A stretch of DNA of 64,000 nt from NCBI GenBank assembly GCA_038496445.1, contig JALMLS010000538.1, forward strand, positions 124,001 to 188,000, read 5' to 3'. Positions within the stretch are counted from its first letter, which is position 1. Every line of letters starts with the position of its first letter. Made by a program: the position numbers and the translations under genes. Positions 1-13,453 of the stretch are shown here, in pieces. The notes beneath the pieces were generated by a model, which was not told where the DNA came from, did no database searches, and saw nothing but the letters and a program-made list of their open reading frames with translations. The DNA is from Trichosphaerium sp. ATCC 40318. Its lineage: Eukaryota; Protista; Tubulinea.

Positions 1-722
1 AAAAATCTTTATAATTTATCCTTAACGCTACAGCAAACCGATAGCAACATAGCTGCGCTCATCGATTTACACAACCTTCTAGAAAGTGCCAATTTCAAAG
101 AGTTTTGGGCTAAACGCGCGTCAACTGAAGCCAGTGGTGTGATTGATGGTGTTAAAGGGTTTGATGACGCAATTAGAAGCTGTACGATTTTGTAATTTTA
201 ATTTTTCACAAAATCTAACTACTGTCAGTTATTGTAAACGTACTCGCACGTACATACAAAACAGTACCTGTCCAAGCTATTTTAGATCAAACAAGTCTCC
301 AGGTACATTAAATTACTAAACAACTCGTAAATACTCTCTGTCACTCATCTTGTGTTGTCAAAATGAGATTAGATGTCATCATGTTGACACTGAGCGTTTT
401 AATAATTTTTGATTTACTATTTTTCTTTTTTTGACACTTTGACGCTTACTCTTTCTCTTAGAGAGATGCTCTTGAAGCTATGGCAAAAACAAATAGCTGG
501 CAAATTGAAAGAGATGTTATTACATTCCCACAAGAAGTTACTGAACAAAACAAAGCGCCAGTCATCCCTCCTTTCGAGAGTACGTTTTATTCACTTTTAT
601 TATTTTTCGAAATTTAACAATTGACTTGCATTCGTTTTCTTTGCTTTTTTGAACGTAGAAATATGGCAGTAGACCTCCAATATATTATTTTGGACTATAC
701 TAGTCGTTATTCCTCCTTGTAA
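1..722 (+). CDS. EIF3K: Translation initiation factor eIF3 subunit K, 3' part (5' end outside window; spliced)
   Basis: Spliced translation LHNLLESANFKEFWAK...GVKGFDDAIRS/FIVNVLARTYKTV...NSWQIERDVITFP resembles the eIF3k PCI region (LE.C.F..FW...GFED.VR.FI..V...TY). Confidence 0.75.
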
Positions 723-1030
723 CGTCGAAAATAACCGAGAAAAATAATATATTCAAAAAATGATGAAATTACACGCTTACGTACAACCTTAGGCCTCGCT
801 AAATTATTGGATATCCGTTAAAACAATATTAAAAGATCTCTTATGCAGCTTGTATCGCTTTTAAAAAAAGTTAACATTGTAAATTTTTTGATCGATACTC
901 GTTGTGTCAAAACACTTGTGAATAAAGTGCTACTACGTAATATGAAGTGCCTTTTTAAACTGCCCTCTTTGATTACGAGGTCAGGTGGTTTTTAACCATT
1001 TTTGGAACCTATTCCTTAACTTCGCTCACA

Positions 1031-3138
1031 ATGCAACGAAAGATGAGTGTGACAAGCTTCCTAGTTGTGTTGATTCTAGTCGGAGCTGTTACAGCGTTAG
1101 ATAATGGTGTTGGTCGGTTACCGCCAATGGGTACGTTTTTTTTGAATTAACGACACCGCTTGTGTTGGTTAATGCATTAACGCGTAGCGTAATAGTTTTG
1201 TGAGTGCTAAGTTTGGTTTAGGTTGGAATACTTGGTACGCACGCTGTACTCAGCGAAGGAACGCTGTAAACGCGTTTCGTGGCGTTTTGACCGAAAAGTA
1301 AACTAGGCCTTTAACGTCCAACATTATAGGTGTACTGACGGTCCATGCTTTCGGGACTACTGTAATGACGCTGAGATTCGCTCAATTGCTGATACAATGG
1401 CTTCAAACGGGATGAAAGAACTGGGTTACGAATACGTAAACTTGGACGATTGTACGTCCCTTTCATGGTGTTAAAACCTTGGCTATTAATCTGATAAACA
1501 ATCTTAGGTTGGGCGCTGTAAGTTGCACAGTTTTTTCCAACAACCTCGTAAAGGTTGCTTTTGTTTGTTGCTCACAGCAATAAATAGTGAACGTGATGTC
1601 AAAGGAAATATTGTCGCTGATCCAGATCGTTTTCCACATGGCATGAAAGCAGTAGCTTCGTATGTACACTCCAAGGTACAAATATTTTTCTTCTTTAATT
1701 GTCACAAGCACGTGTACCTTTCTGTACCAACAGTTGTGCCACTTTTTTTTTCTTTTGCATCAATGTGGATACTTATTCTTTTCTTAACTTATCTTTACAG
1801 GGATTGAAGTTTGGTTTGTATACATGCGCTGGTCACTATACTTGTAGTTCAGGAGGTAGGCCACATCAAATTCCGGGAAGTTATGGTCACTACGCTGTAA
1901 GTATCAGAAATGTTTTGTGGTTTTTTTTGTTGTTTCCTCTGAACGCATTATACTAACTCTGCTCCTTTAGCAAGATGCTGAGAGTTATGCTAGTTGGGGT
2001 ATTGATTATGTTAAAATGGGTATGCAGTTTAGTACTTTTATCTGTATATTTTGTTTACTCTCTGAAGATTGGTGTTACACAAAAGGAATGCAACCTGAGG
2101 TTCAGTATCCGCTAATGACAAAAGGTTTGAATGAAACAGGTCGTCCAATCTTCTTTTTGGTACGAACTTGTAATCTATTGACAGTAGTACATAAGTACTT
2201 ACCAATCTATTAAGATGTGCGAATGGGGTGTCAATGAGCCTTGGAAGGTGCGTTGCAAACTATTTTTCGTGCTACCAACAGATGCTTATTTCCTTTAGTG
2301 GGCTAACGATGTCGCTAATATGTGGAGATCAACTGTAGATCATCATGATAATTGGAATAGCACACAACGTGTTATAGAAGATATGGTCGGATTATCAAAG
2401 TACTCAATGCAACAAGAGTTGTATAACTAGTGTATTAAATTGACTTTCTTTACTTACTAAAATAGGCGCTGGTCATTTCAATTATATGGATTTCCTAATG
2501 ACAGGCGGTCAAGGATGTAAGAATAATAAAGGACATTGTCCTGGACAGACAAATGAAGAATACACCACAGAGTTCAGTTTCTGGGCTTTTCTAAACAGTG
2601 GTATGATAATTGCAACTGATATAAGGTACAGTCTTGCTCGTTTGAGAACCATTTCATTTTATTGTATTGATCCTTCTTCAAGAGAAATGACACCTCACAT
2701 GCGTACGTTGATTTACAATAAAGAAGTCATAGCAATCAATCAAGATGAGGTACAAAGACCAACACTTGATTGTCATGTTCTATTCTTAATTTATTCTAGC
2801 TTCTTGATCAAGGAGATCGTGTATCAGATACTGCATGTCCTCATCTTCCAAAAGGAACGTGCCAGATATGGACACGTAAACTAGTTGGTAATATTGATGC
2901 AGCTCTACTATACAACAGAGATAGCAAACCTCAGGATATTACATTAAACTTCTGTTCTATTTTTGGTATGTAATCAAAATAGGTACTTTTTTTGTTTCGT
3001 AACACTTGCTTAGGTAAATGTAGCAAGGGTACTGCCGTACGAGATGTATGGGCTGATAAGAACACAAAAGCTACAAAAACATATACCGCTACTGTACCTA
3101 GTCACGGTGTTGTTTTATTGAAAGTGCTCTCAAAATAA
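1031..3138 (+). CDS. Alpha-galactosidase / alpha-N-acetylgalactosaminidase, glycoside hydrolase family 27 (secreted, many introns)
   Basis: Signal peptide then [83 protein letters not shown]: canonical GH27 motifs. Confidence 0.95.
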
Positions 3139-3336
3139 GCAATAAAGTGATTTGCAATAATAAATTTGTTTTCACTTTAAGTGTCCATGGGCACTTACGA
3201 AATTATTCCAAGTTAATCCCTTGAATATGCACATAGTTAACTACATAATATGTTCACGTTGAACAAGAATCAGCAACTACGTATCTATGATTCCATTTTT
3301 ATTGTTTTTTTTTTTGAAGAAATTAAATAATATGTC

Positions 3337-4819
3337 TTATGTTAATGTACTTTGAGGCAAGTTGACGTAGTTCCTAGGATGCTTCTTTAAATACTTTGCT
3401 AATGGAACAACTGTTTCTCTATAAAGTTTTCCTTCAAGAAACGCTTTAACTGGACGGAATACCCATGTTTCATTAAGGCGATAAAAACATCCAATAAATA
3501 GCGCTAAGTAAAAAACCATTAATAAACAGTATCACATACGTACATATGTGATGCATTTCTGAAAAATTCCAATTACCTGTTGTGTTGTAACGGCATAATG
3601 AAGTATAGAAAGCAAGTGGTCTATTCGTAGTTTTTTCTCTTCAAAAAAGTCAGTTTGTTTTTGTGGATCGAAAAAAACAGTCTTAAAATATGCCCTACCG
3701 TAGCCTTAAATAAGCTGTATCAATACCAGAAAATGTACCACCATCATAACATGTTAATACAACAGCTAGAAGATGAACTTCTTTTGGTACTTTATCAAGT
3801 TCTAACGTTATTTCTTCTTTGTCTTCATGCTCATCCTAAAAAAATACATTTGTTTAGATTGTTGGTTTTTAAAGACTATTTTAATCTTGCTTGCAAACTT
3901 ATTATCGTCTCCTGAATGAATGATAGCTCCTTTAAGTGCTCTCAAGTTACTGAAATGGACAGCTTCCTTGAGCTTCACCTTATCATCTAAAACCAAACAA
4001 GACGCATCAACATCAACTGAAATGTTCGAATCTGTTTGCTCGTTCCAACCGATACCAAGTCTTACTTTTTGCACTGGTAGCTCATATGTCTGGTCAGTGC
4101 GAAGTGGCGGAGTCTAATGTAGAATTAGCAAGTCAGTCAAAGCGCCTTGATAGATTGAACGCACAGAAAACTTGATTGTTGCACTTATTCTAATTTCACC
4201 ACGTAGTTTTTGCTTTAGGTTCGTTTTGTACAATTTGAACCATCCTGATATCTCATCGCCACTAATAGCATCAAATAATGGGATAACAGCTGTACCACTA
4301 ATGTAAACAAAGAATCAGAAAAACGTTTCAAAATCACGTGACCAACTAAACTTGTTTTTTTTAATAGTTTGAACGCACATGTAGTCGTTTGAGTTTAATC
4401 GGTCATAGTCGTATACACTTAGTTCCAATTTGTCGATAAGACCTTCGAATGGTCTAAAAGAATAGATGTTATGATGCTTCAATGTATTATATCGCGCTTA
4501 CAGCCCAAATCGCTCGTTCCAAGTCGGACACAATGTTTTTTTAATCACTTTTGTTTTGTATCGATCATATTTTTGTTTCTTGAAGAAAGGGCTCTTTCTT
4601 ATTTTAACGTAAGGATCGCTACTAGGGTTGTTAGTAACCGAGTCACTTTTTTATTTGTATTATTAAAGTGGATATCTGGATATTTCTTACCTTTTGCCGT
4701 TTATATCCATAGCAGGGAGGTCTTTGGCTTCGAAGACTTGTTTTTATTATTATTGTGTATCGTTGTTTTTATTTTTTATTATACGTACTGTTAATCTGTA
4801 GCGTGCCTGATATCGACAT
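3337..4819 (-). CDS. C2 domain + TerD (tellurium/stress-response) domain protein (spliced)
   Basis: N-terminal IFEAKDLPAMDINGKSDPYVKI...KTKVIKKTLCPTWNERF (C2). C-terminal VRLGIGWN...VDVDASCLVLD...VHFSNLRALKGAIIHSGDD...EEITLELDKVP...WVFRPV (TerD). Confidence 0.85.
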
Positions 4820-5069
4820 TTTTGTGGAGGCAAAAGATGCAGTTAGTTACCAGAACAAAATTATGTAACATTGTTTTGTTAAGTGGTATCGATTTGCACT
4901 GCCAAGTCAAGACTATAGATCTGGACATCCCAGCAAGTGATTGAACCACTTGACTGCAACGGACAGTAGTCACACTCGATTATTGGAAACTTCATAAGCC
5001 TCCCGCTTTTCCCTATTGGCCAGCACGTGATAATGACGTTTAATAAACTGTTTTGTAGACTTTCTCTGT

Positions 5070-7204
5070 TTATTTTGATGGGAGCACTTTGTTTGGATTA
5101 AGAATTCCATTTGGATCAAAAACTGTCTTCATGCTACGCATTACATCTACAGCTATATCTGATTTTGAGTAGTGTATCTTATCTGCTTTCATCTGACCTA
5201 ATCCATGCTCTGCACTAACACTTCCCTTGTGTTCAGCTAAAACAAAGACAATCAACGACCAACAAACATAGCGCAACAAAAAAGAAAAAAAAGAAAAAGA
5301 TGCAACTAGTACCCGTATACTCGTAAACATATGGTTCTATTAATTTGAATACTTCCTCATCGTGTTTTGGTGTTAATATATTAAGATGCAGATTACCTAA
5401 ATACAAAATTGTAAACACGTGTTCACGTGGACAAAACCAAGAAAGAAAAGAGAAAAAAAGTTACCATCTCCAACATGTCCGTAACCAAATACTTTAGCTT
5501 TATCTCCAAGCCTTGTTGCCATTTTTTCGCACATATCATACATGTTACCTTATACATGTTACTCAATATATTTACAATCAGTCAGACTCACCTGGAAGCG
5601 AAATGTCATATTTATAAACACAACCAGATCGTCTCAAAGATTCTGTAATATTTTCACGCAAATACCAAAGAGCTTCCACCTAACGGACATTAATTTGATG
5701 AAACATTGTTTATGATAATGTTTTGTACCTGAGAAGCGTCTTGAGCAAGTATACCATCCTCGATAATATCGTCATTTGTAACATCATCAAAGAAAGCCTC
5801 AAGTTTCTACGATGAAAAAAATTAGCAAAAAAGGTTTTTTTTATTTTTTATTGTACGTGTCTGTCGTGATCTTCATTTGAACCTTGAGTTTCTACAAGAA
5901 CATACAATGGATATCTTTCTTCAAGAGGGTCTTTTGCATTTTCTTCTACTTTTAATACCAAGTCCATGCTTGCGCCATCAATTAATTCAAGAGCAGAAAT
6001 TATTTCTCCAAGTTTCTTTTTCGCTTCCATTACAAGCTGCACAGAAACAAATCAGCTCTCATTTAGGGTGTTCTACGAGGTACCTTTTCAACAGCTTTGA
6101 AGTCTTTACAACCAACAACAGCCACATTGACGCTCTAAGGAATAAAACGTTAAAATACGTGCTCAATTAAACTAGGAACGTACGTTTGAGTAAGGTGCAC
6201 ATGCGATAGCTGCCTTTGTAATAATGCCTAGAGTACCCTCGCTACCGATAAAGAGTTGCTTCAAATCATAACCAGTGTTATCTTTCTTTAAAACGTTCAG
6301 AGTATCCAACACTCTGCCGTCTGGTAGAACCTTGAATATTGCTAAGAAAGACCATTTTTTTCGATTTGAAAAACTTTCGCCGTACAACTTCTAGCCCAAG
6401 TACAGATCCATGTAAACTTCCATATCGAAGTAATCTAATACCTCCAGCATTTGTAGCTATGTTACCACCGATCATACAGCTAACTACGATCAAAAACATC
6501 CATCTAAGTAAAAAACCGCCAAAAAACAGAAAATCTACTTTTTCCTACCTTCCACGTGCGCCAAGATCTAAAGGAACGACGTATCCTTGATCACGCACGT
6601 GATCATCTAGTGCAGCTAAAATAACCCCGCTATCACATACACAAGCACCAGACATCTCAGAAAACGAATGTATCTAAAAAAGATGTCGTTAAAACTCGTT
6701 TTTTTGCTTTTTTACGCTTACTTTATTCATACGGCGTAGATTTATGACGATTTCATCACGTATAGGTATTGAACCACCTACTAAGCCTGTATTTCCGCTT
6801 TGAGGAACAACAGCAAGCCTAAAAAAATTAAACAAAGGATATAATGGTTGTTTGACGTTGTATTAGTACTTTTCTGAGTTGCAGAATGCCAGAATCTTTG
6901 AAACTTGCTCCGTTGTTTTTGGTAAAAGTGCTAACGATGAGCAACCCTTGTATTTACCCATCCAATCGCTATTAAATGGTACCAGGTCATTCTCGTCTTC
7001 AATGACACCGTTCTTATCAAGAATTGTCTTAAAGTGTTCTACATGCTCCCTTGTAAGCTGTTACACGCGTCAGTACAACTTTAGAGGGAATGTGCGAACC
7101 TTAGAGTGTGATTGTACTGGTGTGCTGTAAGGTCTTGATTGTACGCGTGACACTTCAGTACGCGTTTGAAATGAGCGTAACGCAAGGCTTGTTCTGGATA
7201 ACAT
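5070..7204 (-). CDS. D2HGDH: D-2-hydroxyglutarate dehydrogenase, FAD-linked oxidase, mitochondrial (spliced)
   Basis: Arg/Ser-rich presequence [12 protein letters not shown]; [104 protein letters not shown]. Confidence 0.93.
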
Positions 7205-7343
7205 GACTGTGAAAGAAATGGTCTTGTACTTAAGTTAGAGTGTACGAAAAATACGTTACGACTCAGTTGGTGGCAGTTGTACAGCGTCTGTAGTACAGTG
7301 CGGATAAACTAATAAATCCGCGTGTTGCTATTCCTGATCTAAT

Positions 7344-9521
7344 ATGTCTGAACCCGAAGAAGAGCAGACGTACTCCCTTGAGGAGGCTTTAAACGCCGTT
7401 GGGTTTGGCAGATTTCAAATACAACTACTCATCGGTAAAAGTCGTTAATACTAATTCTATTCGCTCAAATGAGCCGTAGTTTGTGGCGTGGGATATACTG
7501 CGGCAACAATGGAGTTAATTTTAATATCGTATTTATTGCCTCAACTGCGAAAGGAATGGGGTGATTTAACAGCGTTTGAGTCGGCGTTTTTGGGTACCCG
7601 TCACTCTTTTTGACACATTTTTGTGTGGAATTAACGTACGGAACAGCATCGGCTTCTTTTGCTGGTACACTTATTGGAAGCGTATTTTGGGGTTGGCTGG
7701 CTGATAAAATCGGGCGTAAAATCAGTTTCACGACAACAGTAAGGCCAAAAAGTCTTCGCTAAATTTTACTTTTAGAAAACCAATAGTTTTTTTTTAACCT
7801 TCGCCAACCTCTCTGAATAGGTATTTCTTTCTGGATCTTTTGGTCTTGCAAGTGCCTTTGCACCGAGCTTTTTATGGCACGTTTGTTTTAATGCACGTGA
7901 TTGTGTTAATAATCCAAAAATAGGATCATCTTCTTTAGATTTATGGTTGGTTTTGCTCTTGGTGGTAATCTATCAGTTGACTTTGTATTATTTTTAGGTA
8001 GTAGCCTATCCGTTTCTTTTCGCATTTTAGTATTCTTATTTCATATTAGAGTTTGTACCTACAATAGGTAGAGGGTTTTATGTATCTCTGATAACACTGT
8101 TTGGAGTATTCGGAGTAAGAACTTTCTTATAATTTTCTTAAGTTTGATGATCTTTTTGACATTTTTTCAGATACTATTACTTGCTGGTATTGCATGGATC
8201 GTTATACCTAGGCTAGGTTGGCGGTAATAATCCTGAAATATAATATTCCTTTAGTCTTATTCTTACCAACTTGTTGTAGGTATTTTCTTGCTATCTGTTC
8301 AATACCAAGCGTTATTGTATTATTCTTTAGGTAAGGAAGAACAACTTCTTGTCGTTTTCAAGAAACTGAACTTACTTTTAGGGCGTGGATGCCTGAATCT
8401 CCTCGTTACTTATGTGTTAGTGGAGAATATGATGAAGCTGAAAGAGTTCTTCAATTGGTATCTAGAGTAAATAACAAACAACTTCCTCAAGGCAAGTTAT
8501 CAAGATTTCAAGAAACTGTTTCACAAAAAAGGTGAGTGTACGTATTTCTACATCAATGATAACAATTCGTATAGAGGAAGCTTCAGAGATTTAGTTACAC
8601 CAAAATTGAGATTGACATCTATTATTATTTGGGAACTTTGGTTTTGTCTTGTGTTTGGTTACTATGGTACATCAAAAAGAAAAAGAATTTCGTGATAAAC
8701 CAACTAATATCTTTCAATAGGTATTACAATATGGCTTCCTGAGTACCTTGAAAATAAAGGCCTAGGATCAGATATTTATCTAAACTTTTTACTGATTGGT
8801 ATTGCGGAGCTTCCTGGTACAGTTCAATGAATGGGAGTTTTGATTTGTAACTTTGGTTTGATAGGTGTTGCTCTCACAGCATTTCTTGTTGATCGAGTAG
8901 GAAGAAGAAGATGTCTGGCTGCATGTATGATAGGATCAGGTGTATGCACGTTATTCTTTGGATTTGCGACGTCAGCTATAGCTGTAAAAATAGTGACATG
9001 TGCCATTTATTTTTTTGTTGTTGGTACGACTTTCACGGTTTTTTCTGTTTTTTTTTTTGACCATTCTTGTTCAGGTGCATGGGCTATAATTTATTTATAT
9101 ACTCCTGAAGTATATCCAACATATTTGAGATCTACTGCATCTGGTGTAACATCAATTTTCTCAACATGTGCCGGCATTATATCTCCTATCATTGGGTACT
9201 GTTATAGTTGATTTTTCTCTTCTTGGTATCAATATTCTTCTCACAATTTATCAGTGGCGCTTTGCTTGGTAGTAAGAGTCAAAGTAATCGGGTTTGGATA
9301 GTACTTGGATGTTACACTACAGCATTCCTGGTTGGCGGTATAAGCGCTTTGTTTCTACCAATGGAGGTACAGACCTTGTTCTTTTCGTTTAATAAAAGTT
9401 GGTGCTAACTGATTTGTAGACTAATAAAACTGCATTACAAGATATTAATACAGTTAATAACAATGACAATGATGACGACACAAGAGATTCGCTTATATTA
9501 CATAAAAACAGTTCAGTTTGA
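7344..9521 (+). CDS. MFS transporter, SVOP / organic cation transporter-like (spliced)
   Basis: [62 protein letters not shown]; multiple hydrophobic segments. Confidence 0.92.
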
Positions 9522-9600
9522 TTCATCACAGAAACACTTCTTGCTATTTGTTTATTTTTTTGTTTCTACAGTTTTTCAGTTGGCCTCTTTTTCGCATTGT

Positions 9601-10636
9601 CTATTTCAAAGAAACTAATACAACTGATATATCACCACTAGTATTAGAATTCTCTACTAGCGATTGTGCTATTTTTTCAATACTTGTGCTTTGAATAATT
9701 TGACAAACTCGTTCTTCACTTAAGCAATCCCATAAACCATCTGAAGCTAATATCAAAAATGCGTCGTGTGATTGTAAAGTGTACTATTAAACAGTATTAG
9801 AACATTCATAATGAATGTCATTAAAGTACGTACCTCGAAGATATCAGGAGTAGACGAAAGTACTTTGTAAGGGTACTTCCAAGCATAGTCGCCTATACTT
9901 CTTGACACAGCTAAAAACTCTGATCCATCGTTTGATGCTACTCTATAAGCACCATCTTCCCATAATTCTACTTTTCCTCCAGCCTTCTCGACCCTATCAC
10001 GCAGTTATAAGCAACACTTATCTCCGTTGCTAGTAGTACCTCTGCCTTTCTACTTTCGATGACGGTCTATGATCAACTGTAAGAGCTGTAGGTCGAAACT
10101 TCCCATCCACTTTAGAAACAATCTATCAAAGACAATCAGGTACAAAAAATGCGTAACCGTGTGTCACGTGATTAACACGTGAACGAAAAAGACTTACAAT
10201 TGCTCTTGAATCGCCAAGGTTTGAAACGATAAGTTTTTCTTTCATACTGAGTACAACTAAAGCAGTGGTACCATCTTGCCATCGTGCATTCTTAGCATCT
10301 TCAAGAAACTCATGTTCTAAATGCTGAAAAGCATTCAAAATCGTCTTGTCGTCTATTTTCTGAGATTTCTTCGTTGCATCGAATATTGATTCATGTAGAA
10401 ACCGTGATGCGTACGCTGCAGCGCGTTTACCACCGTGTCCTAGTCGTTTTTAATTAGTTTACATTCTAAATGCTTATACAACGCTACTTACCATCAAATA
10501 CAGCGTAATACGCATGTAAACCATAGTTTTTTATGAATGGAGGTAGTTCTGAGTTCTGTAGGATTTTAACTACATCTTCCTGTCCATGACGCTTTCCTGC
10601 CCTCTCGTATACCCATACGTCTTGTGGATGTTCCAT
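9601..10636 (-). CDS. Protein phosphatase 2C (PPM family; spliced)
   Basis: GKRHGQED, YAVFDGHGG, DGTTALVV, VSNLGDSRAI, TVDHRP, LAVSRSIGD, FLILASDGLW. Confidence 0.92.
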
Positions 10637-10759
10637 TATGAAAATTATGACATCTCTAAGCTATCGCCCGGACAAACTAGCACAGCGTTCTCTGAACACT
10701 ACCAACATTGACAACTTAAGACCATCTTTTAAGTCAGATCCGGATATCTGGTACAAACG

Positions 10760-10850
10760 CAAGTTGGGCCAATGACGTCTTATTAGGAAAATACACTGTG
10801 TGGTGCTAATATCAGAATAGCACGTGCTCATTGACTAATTGGGCGATTTT
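10760..10850. promoter_or_regulatory. Putative bidirectional promoter core between PP2C and Zn2Cys6 genes (CCAAT box, TGACGT, CACGTG)
   Basis: GGGCCAATGACGTC at ~10767, CACGTG at 10821 and ATTGG at ~10838. A similar ATTGG-CACGTG-TGACGT cluster lies at ~5015-5040, upstream of the C2-TerD gene. Confidence 0.4.
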
Positions 10851-11016
10851 ACATTTTTTAACTTGACGTTTGGGTTTTCAATTTTTTGTTGTTGATTAAC
10901 TGGCACTAGAACAACCGAACCAGTCGGCCAGTTGGAATAATTAATTGGATTTCACTTTGTGTGTAAAGCGAACAATAGTAATTAAATCTCCACTCGCGAG
11001 TATCCTCTAGTGTAGA

Positions 11017-13274
11017 ATGAGCGTGGAACGCCCAAAGAAAAAAAGACGTTTGGTGGAAAGAAAACGAGGTAGACTTTCTTGTATTGCTTGTCGTAACGCG
11101 CATTCAAAATGCGATGAAGGAAAGCCTTGTGGACGCTGTACTAAAAAGAATATTGAATGCGTTTACACCAAACCAGCTAGAAGAGGACCCGTTTCAAGTA
11201 CGCGCTAAAAATAAGACTGTTTCTTACATCCCTAATAATCTTTGCTTACAGATAAGATACAAAATGCGAAGTTAAAAGATCTTCAAGCACAACTCGCTTT
11301 ACAATCACGTGAGCTTGAACATTGGAAAAAGCAGTACTCCAAGCTTACAACAAACCAGGTATTGTGTTTCTTTTTGTTTGAGAAAAACCGGACCGTTTTG
11401 TTTTGTGGTTCACATTTGTTGTAAGGCCTGCATCGAGCGTTAAGCTATTTGTGCTGCTGCTATTTAACACCATTCTAATAATTGTACAGAGTGCTCTATG
11501 GAATCTGTGTTTGGACTTGAACATCTCATCGTGTGTTACAACATGGATAATGACTTACAAGAAATTATACCAACCAAAGTTTGTATGACCAAACGTCGTT
11601 GTATTGAAAGTTCTAAGTTATTGTCAAGGGCGTACCACTGCGTCACTGGAACTCAACGAACATCATATCCACTATACAAAACTGTCAAAGTAACAAAAAC
11701 TGTTCTTTGTTCACGTGCCATGTATATCAGGTTTAATGTTCTTTTTGTAGCTTGGTCTGCTGATCCAAATATATTTGAAGTCGTTTGTATCATTGCCACA
11801 GGAGCACGTCATGTTTTCCCAAGAGCATCTGACAAACTATTCGAAATATGTGAGCAAATTTATTTAAACCTTGATGATATGATTCACCCTTGTATAGCCA
11901 GTATGTCGTATGATACTCCTTGTAAATAACTTACATACGTATAGCTGGTTTAGTTCTTCTTGGGAAAGATACTGGATTTTTTTCAGGAAAGCCAGAAGTA
12001 TCTGAATACACAATAAAAGGCCAAAGTACGTTTCGTCAGTTTTCTCGATAGCAGACTTCTCGCTTATTGTTTTTTAGCTATGCTCTCTACACTTGTCAAA
12101 GATCCCTTATTTTCGTCAATGGAACATCTTCAAGTAGTAGAACGAGGATGTAAGTTATTTTCTCATCACGTGTTTACCGACAGGTACGCTTTAAGAATAA
12201 CAATTATCTTGTTTATAATTTTACTTTGTAGGGCAAATGCGCTTCAACGTATGAAACCAATAAGCGACGAACTTCGTAGACTTATATCACAGCCTACTAA
12301 ACCAAGTTTGGCGCTTGCAACCCAAGTAGTTTGGTGTTCTCTAGGAAAGGTACATATTTTTTTTCTTAACAACTTTCTTTGCTTAAGTTGTGTTCAAGAT
12401 GTGGCTTACCATTTCAAAACAAATATCATCAAAAGGAATAGAATTCCAGCTAACTAGTATAGTACGCATCAGCTCAACCTTTAGTTGGTTTTCACCAGTC
12501 TTACTAACGATACCTTGAACTAACTTCGATTAAGTCTGAAGACCAGTTTGCAGCTTTTGTACATGAACACTCTATAATAAACAAGGTTGGGCTCGAAGTG
12601 ATAGATAAACAAGAGAACGAGGAATTGTATGTGAGATTCCAAGTATTATGCGCTGGTGTTTCTGCGTTTATTTACTTTGCTGGAGGTCACACTGTTGAGG
12701 TACTTAAGGTAGGTATAGTATTGCTTAAGAAAAATAGCTAACAGACTTTACCAAGAGGAGTAAAGCCTTGTTTTATCAGCCACATCATAACTACCCTGAT
12801 TCATGCCCTCACTACAAGCACATACTACACGACTTTGGAGTCATTTCAATTCATAATCGGGACGTACCGTTCCTGAAAGAGGTAAGGACAATAGTAAACA
12901 CTTTTGTTTTTGAAGTTTACAACATGGTTAGATTATGGTTTTATTACATAGTGGATTTGACGAGTGTAAGCATTTGATAACGTACGATTAAATCTATGAC
13001 TTATTTACTAAATTACGTATTTAGATCTTTGTTTGTAATGGCAGATGACCACGGATTAGATTATGACAAAAAAAGCCTTATGAAAATATTTGGTATGGAT
13101 CAAGTGACGACAGACATTGATTGTTCTTTGGATATTAACTTTGAGAAAATACTTGATACATTGCCGCCATCAGAGAACCTTAATGAATTCCCAGAATTAG
13201 ACTTGTTTCCCAATGAGGACGAGCTAGAATTGGAGTTTTTAGATTTTCCGTTTGATGATAATTACAACATGTGA
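11017..13274 (+). CDS. Zn(II)2Cys6 (GAL4-type) binuclear-cluster transcription factor (spliced)
   Basis: CIACRNAHSKCDEGKPCGRCTKKNIECVY = C-x2-C-x6-C-x5-C-x2-C-x6-C, preceded by NLS-like RPKKKRR, followed by a coiled coil, and ending in an acidic tail (activation-domain-like). Confidence 0.88.
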
Positions 13275-13453
13275 CAGACTGAATTTCCGTTGGTACAGGA
13301 GGTGATGAAACAATTATTATAAGAGGATACAGAAGAGGTAGTAGTGATATAAATACTGTTGATGGAGGGCAGGGCAATGCCAAGTAAACTCAACAAGAAA
13401 AAGAAAAAGAGGAAACTGAAAAATAAACTTTTACCTTGTCACGTGATTTATTG

